From IMG/VR virus record IMGVR_UViG_3300031994_000051, positions 1 to 64,000 of that record: DNA of 64,000 bases, one strand, 5' to 3'. A program made the position numbers and the translations under genes. Below, in pieces: positions 20,624 through 29,164 of this stretch. Position 1 is the first letter of the stretch; each line of letters begins with the position of its first letter. The notes under the pieces are model-generated. The model had not been told where the DNA came from and ran no database searches. It saw nothing but the letters and a program-made list of their open reading frames with translations. The DNA is from a virus. Taxonomy: Duplodnaviria > Heunggongvirae > Uroviricota > Caudoviricetes.

Positions 20624-21835
20624 ATGGACAGTAATAGACTAGATGCGAAACCAGAAATGAGAGAGGCTTTTGAAGCTGTTATAGATGCTGGGTTTATAAA
20701 AGAACATATGATCGACATCAAACAATCATATAAAGTTGATCTTATTGGTTGGTCCGTTGGAATCGTTAAGAGACTTGGTGGAGCTTCTCAGGTATTTGTA
20801 TATTCTTTCACAGATCATAAGATATTGATAACAGAAACAGATAATGACGGAGTGTTTTTTGATCAAAAATGCTATAAATCGTATGATGATTCAGAACTTT
20901 GTACATTCTTTGTTCAACAATGGAAAGGAAAAAACCTTTTATACTGTCCTGTAAACAAAGACGGTATTATGTTTGGTGGAAGAAGATGGTTCTTACAGAT
21001 CGATCGAGTTTGGGGTGACAAGGTAATGTTTGTCGGAAAGGATATTTTTCTTTCATGTGTGGTTTTTGATATTGACGGTAACGTTTTGTTTGAAAGTTCC
21101 GTTTCGGATTATATGTCAAACAAAGGTGGTTTATTGATAATGGAGTTAGGGAAAAACTCATCAATAATGTTTGATAACAACATGGAAATTGTTGTAGATA
21201 AAATAAAGAAAACGTATTTTTTAAAATATAATTATTGTGATAAACCAATATCAGCTAAGATTCATGAAAAGACTTTGTTTATTGCGGAAACAAAAAATAA
21301 GAGTTTTATATTTGATGATAACTTTAATATTCTAATTAAAGATGTGTTTATTGTACAGAAAGTGAATACGGTAAAATCTCATGGAAACATAAATCTGAGT
21401 GCAATTTGGGTAAGCAAAGACTCAAAAGAGAATTTGTTTGGGCAAAATTTTCAACTGGTTGATGGTGACTATAACGATACGGCAACATGGTTTGATTCTA
21501 TTAAGTTTGTTGAAAATGGTTCTAATGTGATAAAAATATCCAGAAACGGAAAAGAAAATCTTGTAAATGAGTGGGATTTGACACTTATATTTGATGAATG
21601 GTTCGATGAGATCGTACCGCTCAAATCAAACAAAACGTCGTTTAGATATGTTGCTGCAGTTGAAAATAAAGGTCAAATTAACCTATTAAACATAGATCCT
21701 TTGTTTTTTAATGATTTTAGTAAACCAGTCACCAATATTCGTCTCGATGATATATTTGAGTATAAAGACATCATCTATGTTGAGATAGACGGAGACAAAT
21801 ATGCTCTTTGGCGACTCTTAAAAAATAACCCGTAA
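20624..21835 (+). CDS. repeat-containing hypothetical protein, paralog B
   Basis: Collinear similarity to 19329-20609; C-terminus YVEIDGDKYALWRLLK. Confidence 0.6.
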   Translation: MDSNRLDAKPEMREAFEAVIDAGFIKEHMIDIKQSYKVDLIGWSVGIVKRLGGASQVFVYSFTDHKILITETDNDGVFFDQKCYKSYDDSELCTFFVQQWKGKNLLYCPVNKDGIMFGGRRWFLQIDRVWGDKVMFVGKDIFLSCVVFDIDGNVLFESSVSDYMSNKGGLLIMELGKNSSIMFDNNMEIVVDKIKKTYFLKYNYCDKPISAKIHEKTLFIAETKNKSFIFDDNFNILIKDVFIVQKVNTVKSHGNINLSAIWVSKDSKENLFGQNFQLVDGDYNDTATWFDSIKFVENGSNVIKISRNGKENLVNEWDLTLIFDEWFDEIVPLKSNKTSFRYVAAVENKGQINLLNIDPLFFNDFSKPVTNIRLDDIFEYKDIIYVEIDGDKYALWRLLKNNP

Positions 21836-21837
21836 TT

Positions 21838-23694
21838 TTATTTTTTCTTCGCCAAGTTCATCACTTGATTGAACACTTGGAAACTACCAGTCAGTTTCAT
21901 TATTTTTCCTCTCCACTTAAAAACTATACCTTCGCTCGCATACACACTTGTTGTCTCTCCAAGTCTGAACAGAAGATATTCTAGTTTGTCAAGATCTTTT
22001 TCCGAACCAGTTTCTTCTATAGCGGAAATGGCATCAGTTATGCTCTTTTTTATTTTAGATATTGCTTTGGTTTGGTTTTTGTCGTTTATCGTACCAGAAA
22101 TGTGTTCTATGACGTCGTTCCCTATGTTGATGAACAATGTGTCGATCGGAAGCATTATTCTCTTCTGTAAAGTTTTTAATGATGTCTTTTCATAGCTTCT
22201 AACTTTATCCGTTATATAACAGTCTTTCATAATCTTGTTAATGATCTTCTTGTCTGGCTTGTTCCAACCAGACCACTTTCTTGCAATAACATCAAGACTT
22301 TCTTGAGAATAATCTCCGAATGGTTTGTTGTGTATGATGTATTTTCTTACCGCATTGTATCTATATTTTGCAATCGTATCTTCGTCTGACAGTTCATATT
22401 CATCCATGATATCATGCAGGTCATCCATATATTTTGGGAACAAAGCAGAGAAATCCCTTGATTCATCCATGATGATCCTTGGTGTTACATTTGCCCTGTA
22501 TCCTGAAGCTTCCTTGTTTGCGTCTTCGATAGCCTGTTCTATCGCTATGGAGTCTGGCTCTATGTTTGGATCCTCAAAAATCTCATATTGCGTAGGATCG
22601 CCTTCTTTTCCGTATTTGACACATGTAGTAAGCATTGTTTTCGTATGGAAAGACACAAAGTTCTCTGGGTATGGTATTACATTTATGTTTTCTGAGTTTA
22701 CGATTTCCACACTGATCCATGTCCTGTATTTTAGACTATCGAGTCCGTCGTTGTAGTTGAACAGTTTCTTTGGGTCCTTCAGATTGGAGAAAACTTTCTT
22801 TATCGTGTCTGCCCCTTTGATAAACGATTCTTTCGTGATTTCATTCCATCCGCTATTGTTCTTTATGTCGTCGATCGTCATAGGGTCTGTACACATGTGC
22901 CTTTTGTTCCGTGCGAATATGATTCTTCCTGTGTTGTCAACAGAAGCGAACAGGTTTATTCCGTCGATCTTTTCCGTTACGTCATCCAGTCTGCACCAGA
23001 ATATGTCATGGATGAGATCCTCTATATCCTTGAAAGTCATTTCGTCGTCTTCCCATGCGTGGTTAATATGACCCCCAGCTGCAGTTTCGTTGACTGGTCG
23101 AACGCTACCGTTGGTGCAGTTTTTTAGTGTATTAAAATATTGTTTTAATGCGAAGTCATCTACTATATTTTTATTGTCTATGATGTATGCTGAGCGGAAA
23201 TTGTTGAAATCGTCGTTTCTTACATCCATCCTGACAACTCTGGATGATATCGGTGTGTAGTTATATTCGTCGTCCCTGTTTCTGTATATTTGTTTACGAA
23301 TAGGATCAATGAATATAGCTTTAACCCCTGGCGTGAAATATTTCCCATCGTTTGAGAAGTTGTTTGCATAGTCGATCGATCTCGTTATATCATCATCCTT
23401 ATCTGCTGCGGCCATCGCATATATACCATCACCAAATTCCTTTGTTGCTGTAAGGTTATACGCAAGCTTGACTGGACTCTGGTTATCAGATACAATCTGA
23501 TGAAAGTTTCTGTATTCTCCAAATATGGATTTCAAGAAGTCCATAGTAGGAATAACTGTAAATCCTTCTCTTGGTTTTGATGACAACAGGACATACACAT
23601 CGTTTTCTGGGGTCGACAGGAGTTCGTGTATAGCTTTTATATGTCCACCGTGTACTGGTTTGAACGATCCAGGGACAAGGATGAATTTTCTCAT
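21838..23694 (-). CDS. HxGH-motif nucleotidyltransferase (cytidylyl/adenylyl-transferase-like N-domain) with ~450-aa C-terminal extension
   Basis: ILVPGSFKPVHGGHI matches the GxFxPxHxGH signature (NadD/PPAT-like). ATG overlaps the TGA of the upstream gene (ATGA). Confidence 0.55.
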   Translation of the reverse strand: MRKFILVPGSFKPVHGGHIKAIHELLSTPENDVYVLLSSKPREGFTVIPTMDFLKSIFGEYRNFHQIVSDNQSPVKLAYNLTATKEFGDGIYAMAAADKDDDITRSIDYANNFSNDGKYFTPGVKAIFIDPIRKQIYRNRDDEYNYTPISSRVVRMDVRNDDFNNFRSAYIIDNKNIVDDFALKQYFNTLKNCTNGSVRPVNETAAGGHINHAWEDDEMTFKDIEDLIHDIFWCRLDDVTEKIDGINLFASVDNTGRIIFARNKRHMCTDPMTIDDIKNNSGWNEITKESFIKGADTIKKVFSNLKDPKKLFNYNDGLDSLKYRTWISVEIVNSENINVIPYPENFVSFHTKTMLTTCVKYGKEGDPTQYEIFEDPNIEPDSIAIEQAIEDANKEASGYRANVTPRIIMDESRDFSALFPKYMDDLHDIMDEYELSDEDTIAKYRYNAVRKYIIHNKPFGDYSQESLDVIARKWSGWNKPDKKIINKIMKDCYITDKVRSYEKTSLKTLQKRIMLPIDTLFINIGNDVIEHISGTINDKNQTKAISKIKKSITDAISAIEETGSEKDLDKLEYLLFRLGETTSVYASEGIVFKWRGKIMKLTGSFQVFNQVMNLAKKK

Positions 23695-24077
23695 TTCTTT
23701 GTGGTTTCTTTGATTGTGAGCCACTTTTTCATCGGGCATTCTGAATCCTCCGATTTCGTCTTCGCTTTCAACAGACAACCGCATATGTCACAGAATCCGT
23801 GTGAATTGTGATCGCAGGTTTTGCATATCTCGTATCTTTCATCAAATTCTCTCTTGTATTTGATGTCGGATATGAGATCAAGTAGCATGTTTGTCCAACC
23901 TTGCCATATAAGTCTGATTGTGTTGAAAAAGTTTCTCATTGGATTATTTATCAAAAACGGCCAATATCCTATAAAGGAAATGGCCGTTGATGTAAGGTTG
24001 GAATGGAAGTTCAAATAGCGGATTTCTTGACAGTGAAAATAATGGCACTGTCTTTTGTACCACTGAAATCCTGCCAC
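23691..24077 (-). CDS. Cys-rich Zn-finger protein (true start may be internal Met at 23939)
   Basis: CKTCDHNSHGFCDICGC...C. Confidence 0.4.
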   Translation of the reverse strand: MAGFQWYKRQCHYFHCQEIRYLNFHSNLTSTAISFIGYWPFLINNPMRNFFNTIRLIWQGWTNMLLDLISDIKYKREFDERYEICKTCDHNSHGFCDICGCLLKAKTKSEDSECPMKKWLTIKETTKK

Positions 24078-24880
24078 GATTCGCGTGTGGTTCCATTCCG
24101 CAAGGAGTTTGCGTAATCGTATGCCAAAGTCCTGATGTCGTTCAGTTTTCCGATATATCCGTTCCTCCTAAGGACTTTGAATACTAGATTCCCTGTCGAC
24201 AGTTCGAAGGATTTTGACTTGACTTCTTTTCTCCTTGTACCCTTTATTTCGTCGAATAGATCGTTAGCGTCTTTTAGAACGTTTTCTATCGTTTCGCTGC
24301 TTATCCCATCCGTAATTAGTAAGAATCTTTCCTCTATGAAATCAATTTGTATCATAAATGAATCTGCCATTTCTTTGACCTTTTCGTCGTCTATTTCAAC
24401 AGACATTTTTTCTACAGATGGCTCTATGATCCATTCATCCGTTAATATAGAGTATACTCCACCTGATGAATATTCGTCGTTTTTATCTTGAACATATATT
24501 TCAACTGGATATCCGTATACTTTAAGTCCAGAATGTTTCAGATTCCAGTTTGTTTTAAGTTCATAAAAGAAAGCGTCGACAAGTTCTTTATTATTGTCTA
24601 CATCTTCAAAATCTACTACTATGTGTAAATCTATGTCAGAATTTTCTTCGTCCCAGTTATAATTTGCGATCGATCCAATGATAACTACATCTTCTATGCC
24701 AAAATCAGAAACATCGAAAGAACTGATGAAATCTTTTGCGATTTTAAGAAGTTGTTTTCTGACGAATATGTCGAGCTTATTGTTCTTCCAAATATAGGGG
24801 TTGAGCGATGCTTTTGGATGAAGTGATGATGTGTCTATGTCTTGTCTATTTTTAAGCATTTCTCTATTCAATAGAGGCAT
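24011..24880 (-). CDS. minimal nucleotidyltransferase (Pol-beta superfamily)
   Basis: hG[GS]x9-13DxD pattern: VVIIGSIANYNWDEENSDIDLHIV. Confidence 0.55.
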   Translation of the reverse strand: MPLLNREMLKNRQDIDTSSLHPKASLNPYIWKNNKLDIFVRKQLLKIAKDFISSFDVSDFGIEDVVIIGSIANYNWDEENSDIDLHIVVDFEDVDNNKELVDAFFYELKTNWNLKHSGLKVYGYPVEIYVQDKNDEYSSGGVYSILTDEWIIEPSVEKMSVEIDDEKVKEMADSFMIQIDFIEERFLLITDGISSETIENVLKDANDLFDEIKGTRRKEVKSKSFELSTGNLVFKVLRRNGYIGKLNDIRTLAYDYANSLRNGTTRESWQDFSGTKDSAIIFTVKKSAI

Positions 24881-24888
24881 TTCTCTAT

Positions 24889-25338
24889 TTATTTATATTT
24901 GACATATCCAGTATACACTATTTCTATATCAAATATATTATCAAAAGTTGGAGCGTTGATTAGCAATTTGTTACGTAGACAATGTTTGATCATCTCAAAC
25001 ACGTCTTTCGCGCTTAGTCCGCTTTCAAGGATAGGAATGATGAATGCGAATCTGAATTTTGCAATACAGACATATTCAAAATAACGCAATGCTATGATGA
25101 TAGTGGAGTTCCTGTCTATCTTGGATAAATCGAAATGATCCTTTTCTTTCTTGACATCAAATTGATCGTATTCGTTGAATATCAGAAGTCCAGTGTCTTG
25201 GAGGAGATTTCCAGTTTCTATAGTGAAATCTGGAGTGTTCTCAACATGGAGTAGGGGGTTCTCGTTTGGATCGTCTGTGTCTGGTCTTGTTTTCTTTCTG
25301 CCTTTCTGTGACTTAGGCTTCTTTTTTGTATCATTCAT
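24889..25338 (-). CDS. hypothetical protein
   Basis: Basic N-terminus. First gene of the minus-strand operon, adjacent to the TCTAGA repeat region. Confidence 0.5.
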   Translation of the reverse strand: MNDTKKKPKSQKGRKKTRPDTDDPNENPLLHVENTPDFTIETGNLLQDTGLLIFNEYDQFDVKKEKDHFDLSKIDRNSTIIIALRYFEYVCIAKFRFAFIIPILESGLSAKDVFEMIKHCLRNKLLINAPTFDNIFDIEIVYTGYVKYK

Positions 25339-25340
25339 TT

Positions 25341-25402
25341 TTGTCTAGATTTAATTTTAACTTATAAGAATCTAGACATTTGTCTAGATTCTTGTCTAGA
25401 TT
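25341..25402. promoter_or_regulatory. operator-like cluster: 3x TTGTCTAGATT plus inverted AATCTAGACA in a divergent intergenic region
   Basis: ttgtctagatt (25341), aatctagacatttgtctagattcttgtctagatt (25369-25402). Lies between the minus-strand start at 25338 and the plus promoter at 25438. Confidence 0.5.
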
Positions 25403-25419
25403 TTTTTGTATAGTTATTT

Positions 25420-25455
25420 TTCGATTTTCAAAAAATGTCCGTATATTTGCAATGT
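25420..25455 (+). promoter_or_regulatory. class-I promoter
   Basis: TCCGTATATTTGCA at 25438-25451. Confidence 0.5.
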
Positions 25456-25474
25456 CAAAACAAATCAAAAAATG

Positions 25475-25756
25475 GATAAAAGAATACATTTCCATCACAT
25501 TAAAAAGAACGAAATATCTCTTTTTGTTAGAGCTTTTACGGATCTGGAGAGTGGAAACCATTTGTGTTGTAAGAGAAGCCCTGAACAAATTTCTGCAATA
25601 AATGAGGTGTGCGATGTATTGGAGAAGGATGACTCTAACAGAACAGGAAGAGACGAAGAGATATTGCTTCTTGAAAAATTATGTACAGATTACTATTGGT
25701 GCGTAGCTAATGGATACGAAAGCTTGAATCTTGAAAAAATCAAAACTGATGAATAA
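25475..25756 (+). CDS. hypothetical protein
   Basis: Downstream of class-I promoter 25438-25451. Alternative 50-codon ORF at 25451-25601 in another frame. Confidence 0.4.
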   Translation, partial: DKRIHFHHIKKNEISLFVRAFTDLESGNHLCCKRSPEQISAINEVCDVLEKDDSNRTGRDEEILLLEKLCTDYYWCVANGYESLNLEKIKTDE

Positions 25757-25928
25757 TGATAGAGAAATATGCAAGTGGAATATTGCATCCAAGCGAGGTG
25801 TATGCTCAGTTTAAGAGTCTTGATATATTTGATCAAGAAGTTTTTCTGCAAATGTTACTTGATGATGAGGATGTAATGTCAAGAAATACAGATTTCCGAA
25901 ACGCTATAAATTAAACTAAGATAATTAT

Positions 25929-26138
25929 ATGAATTACTTTTATTTAAGTGACAACAAAGAAGATCTAAAAATTTCACGCGATTTGGCGATCGATCTTCTT
26001 GAAACTGTAACGGACGAGAGGATCCGTGAAAAAATTCAGGAGGATCTTTGGGATCTAAATGACGCTATCAATCGGGATGAGCCTCCTGTCGTACTTGAGG
26101 AAAACATTGAAACTTTATCAGAAAATGAAGAAATTTGA
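25929..26138 (+). CDS. small acidic hypothetical protein
   Basis: 69-codon ORF. Confidence 0.35.
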   Translation: MNYFYLSDNKEDLKISRDLAIDLLETVTDERIREKIQEDLWDLNDAINRDEPPVVLEENIETLSENEEI

Positions 26139-26463
26139 CGCAAAACGTGAGGAGTATCGAGGTGCTATAAAGCAGCTCATGGTGGTACGTAATCTGAGGA
26201 TGATTAATCTTGCTAATTTCAATGTATGGGCTGGCAATAAACCAAGAGGGATCGAGAATGTTCATTCAGTAAAGATCGATCTTCTCACTGGACAAATTAA
26301 TGTATTCGCCAACGGTGCTGGAGCAAAGGCTGGCCCTGTGATTGATGACGTGTCAACAGAAACATATAAGAAGATCTACGATCGTGTCATTGAAGTCTTT
26401 AGGAGTGAAGATTACATCAAAGCTTCCGAAAAAAGGAACATACTCGTAAGAGTTTCTCGTTAA
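26125..26463 (+). CDS. hypothetical protein
   Basis: ORF, 14-nt overlap with upstream gene. Confidence 0.45.
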   Translation: MKKFDAKREEYRGAIKQLMVVRNLRMINLANFNVWAGNKPRGIENVHSVKIDLLTGQINVFANGAGAKAGPVIDDVSTETYKKIYDRVIEVFRSEDYIKASEKRNILVRVSR

Positions 26464-26861
26464 TGACAGATCCTATTGTAAAATTCATTGTTACAAGGAA
26501 CTTTAAAGAAGGTGATGAAAATCTGTTCGAGTTGACAGTTTCTGTTGTTATGTATGATCCTATAATCTTACATTTCAATTTGTTTGCTAACGGAATAGCA
26601 GACGATGTGAAGCGAGTTCAATATGCTTTTACGATAGACTCTATCAGAGATCTCATCCCTACTGTAGGCATCCATTATTATGCTGTTTATTTTGTGGAAC
26701 ATGTCTTTGGAGAGTTGTTCAAGGACACAACAAGATACAACTTCAATGCCCTGAAGAAATATCACGAGGATTTCGGAAAATTCATACAAGAAGTGACACA
26801 GAATCTTGAAAATACGATCGACGAGGTTATCTCACCAATAAACACAACAAATAGACAGTGA
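26463..26861 (+). CDS. hypothetical protein
   Basis: Starts at upstream stop. Confidence 0.45.
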   Translation: MTDPIVKFIVTRNFKEGDENLFELTVSVVMYDPIILHFNLFANGIADDVKRVQYAFTIDSIRDLIPTVGIHYYAVYFVEHVFGELFKDTTRYNFNALKKYHEDFGKFIQEVTQNLENTIDEVISPINTTNRQ

Positions 26862-27090
26862 TAAAGAAAATCATCAAATATATCGCATTTCCATTTGTTT
26901 TTCTTTGGATTTGTATCGCATATGGAATCTATTACTTTGGTAGAGGGTTTTGTTATGTTGGTAATTGGATGACTGGATGGAAACTGGATAAAAGTGTTGG
27001 AACTATAGAAGTAAATTAATCAGAAAAACGATCGACGAGGTTATCTTGTCTTTCAATAAAAAATAAATGTTAAATCTTTAAATCAACAAA

Positions 27091-28149
27091 ATGAAGAAAA
27101 TCTTTTTTATGCTGACCCTGTGCTTGGGTCTTATTTTTGGTGCAACTGCACAGAATGTCGAGAAATCAAAATTATTTGACAATGTTTATGTCGGTGTTGA
27201 TGGTGGAATTGTTTCACGCATCGCTCAACCTGAAGGAAGCACTTTCTTTGGAAGCGCATTACCTACGTTTGGGATCGAATTGGGAAAGAACGTAACTCCA
27301 GTTGTCGGATTCAGCATTGCCGAGCAAGGCCAGTTTAATTTTACAGACAAGAAAGTTGTAAGGTTGAATACGATTTGTAGTGTTAAGATCAATCTCAACA
27401 ATCTGTTCGCTGGATATTCTGGAAGCCCTGATGTCGTAGAGGTTATTCTTGTCCCAGGAATCGGTTGGATGCATGATTACTATAACCATCAAGATCCTAA
27501 TTACATTACTTATAACACTGGATGTGAGGTTAATTTCAATCTCGGATATAAGCAGGCATGGCAGATTGGGCTGCGTCCATCAGTCGTCTGGAATAATCGC
27601 GAAGGTACAGGAATGGGGTTCTATAAGAGTAAGGCTGATCTGAGAATTGTTTGTGGGGTTGTCTATAAGTTCGGATATAAGAACTCTAAAGGAAAGACTG
27701 TTCATAACTTTACTTTGGCAGAAAAAGGGGTATCAAATAGCGAGTATCAACAACTGAAGAAAGATTATAACGATCTTCTGAATAAGACTCCAGATAGTGT
27801 AGTCGTCGAAAAGACTGTTGTTGTCGAGAAAGTTGTTAACGAAGCGGTTCCTATGGATATAGTTGTTTATTTTGACAAGGGAAGTTCTCTTATATCTCAA
27901 TTGAAGGAATCCCAGATCGTGGCTTTTGCAAATGCTGTTAAGGACGGTATGACGGTCAAGGTGATCGGCTCAGCTGATACTGGAACTGGAAATGCTGAAC
28001 AGAACAACACATTAGCTGAACAACGCGCAAACGCTGTTGCGGATATCCTTTCTCGTAACGGTGTGAGTAATATTGAGATCGGCGTGTCGCTTGATGTTGA
28101 CAAAGATCCTTCAACAAGTCGTTGTGCAATCGTTGAGGTTGTTCGATAA
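27091..28149 (+). CDS. OmpA-family outer-membrane protein (signal peptide, N-terminal beta-barrel, C-terminal OmpA peptidoglycan-binding domain)
   Basis: MKKIFFMLTLCLGLIFGATAQ signal peptide. OmpA_C motif NNTLAEQRANAVADILSRNGV. Terminator 28170-28210. Confidence 0.75.
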   Translation: MKKIFFMLTLCLGLIFGATAQNVEKSKLFDNVYVGVDGGIVSRIAQPEGSTFFGSALPTFGIELGKNVTPVVGFSIAEQGQFNFTDKKVVRLNTICSVKINLNNLFAGYSGSPDVVEVILVPGIGWMHDYYNHQDPNYITYNTGCEVNFNLGYKQAWQIGLRPSVVWNNREGTGMGFYKSKADLRIVCGVVYKFGYKNSKGKTVHNFTLAEKGVSNSEYQQLKKDYNDLLNKTPDSVVVEKTVVVEKVVNEAVPMDIVVYFDKGSSLISQLKESQIVAFANAVKDGMTVKVIGSADTGTGNAEQNNTLAEQRANAVADILSRNGVSNIEIGVSLDVDKDPSTSRCAIVEVVR

Positions 28150-28169
28150 TTTTTATTGCGCATTATTTG

Positions 28170-28210
28170 GAACGGCTGGAGTCTTTTTGAAACCAGCCGT
28201 TTCTTTTTTG
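28170..28210 (+). terminator. intrinsic terminator after OmpA-like gene
   Basis: aacggctgg-agtctttttgaaa-ccagccgtt + T-run. Confidence 0.65.
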
Positions 28211-28234
28211 AAAAAAATATTTCCAGAAACTTTT

Positions 28235-28266
28235 TTGCGAAGAAATAATTCCGTATATTTGCTGCG
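28235..28266 (+). promoter_or_regulatory. class-I promoter
   Basis: TTCCGTATATTTGC at 28249-28262. Confidence 0.5.
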
Positions 28267-28277
28267 CAAAACAAACA

Positions 28278-28574
28278 TTGTATATGTTATTTGTAGTATT
28301 CATATTGGTTATTTTTTGTATAATCTGTATAGTCAGAGAGACAAATAGAAAATTACAAGAGAAAAGAGTACAAGTAGGTACTGTAATGAAAAACAGGCAC
28401 AATGGTTTCTATGTTGTAGACATAAAAGGAAGGAAGTTCAATGCGGAGTCTGTTGACTGGGACATTGCCATAGGTTCAAAGGTGACTTTACAAATGTATT
28501 ATGGAATGCTTCATATCACTGGTATGTTCATTAAGGAGATGGAAGATGCTGAAATTGTTTCGGAGATTAACTAA
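28278..28574 (+). CDS. small membrane protein
   Basis: N-terminal TM helix. Class-I promoter 28249-28262. Confidence 0.4.
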   Translation: MYMLFVVFILVIFCIICIVRETNRKLQEKRVQVGTVMKNRHNGFYVVDIKGRKFNAESVDWDIAIGSKVTLQMYYGMLHITGMFIKEMEDAEIVSEIN

Positions 28575-28588
28575 TAAATTATAAATCA

Positions 28589-29128
28589 ATGAGTTGGTAT
28601 ACAATACTTTTTATTGCATGTATCTTGACAATCGTCGTTAAGGCTGTATTGTCTTGGATTGTCGGAGACGTTGATGTTGACGTTGATGTCGATGGTGATG
28701 TCGATACGGATCTCGGAAGTGTCTTTTCTTTTAAGGGGATTCTTCATTTCCTCACAGGATTCTCTACATATTTGACAATGTGTTCACGTTACATCACTCA
28801 TGGCAACATGACTTTTGTTGACTATTCGATTGCTTTTCTTGTTGGTATTGGTCTTATGTTCCTTCTGTACTGGGTCTACAAGCTGATGAAGAAGCTGGAC
28901 AATGTTCCAGATCAGATTGATGATTTCGAGGGACATATTGGAACAATCTATAACAATCTTGGTAACGGATCATATGTCGTGTCAGTGAACACTTTCAACG
29001 GCACACATTTCCCGACAGGTGTTTATAACCCAGAGACTCCAGAGGAAGCTGACAGCCTGATTGAAGGAACCTCTGTCTGCTTAGGTAAGATACGTCAGGA
29101 TGGTTCATATGAAATTATAATTAAATAA
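28589..29128 (+). CDS. NfeD-like membrane protein (partner of SPFH proteins)
   Basis: N-terminal TM helices, (DV)n acidic repeat, C-terminal beta-rich OB-like region. Immediately upstream of the flotillin gene. Confidence 0.5.
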   Translation: MSWYTILFIACILTIVVKAVLSWIVGDVDVDVDVDGDVDTDLGSVFSFKGILHFLTGFSTYLTMCSRYITHGNMTFVDYSIAFLVGIGLMFLLYWVYKLMKKLDNVPDQIDDFEGHIGTIYNNLGNGSYVVSVNTFNGTHFPTGVYNPETPEEADSLIEGTSVCLGKIRQDGSYEIIIK

Positions 29129-29164
29129 TCCACTTATTACAAACCTATTTAAAATTACAAAATT

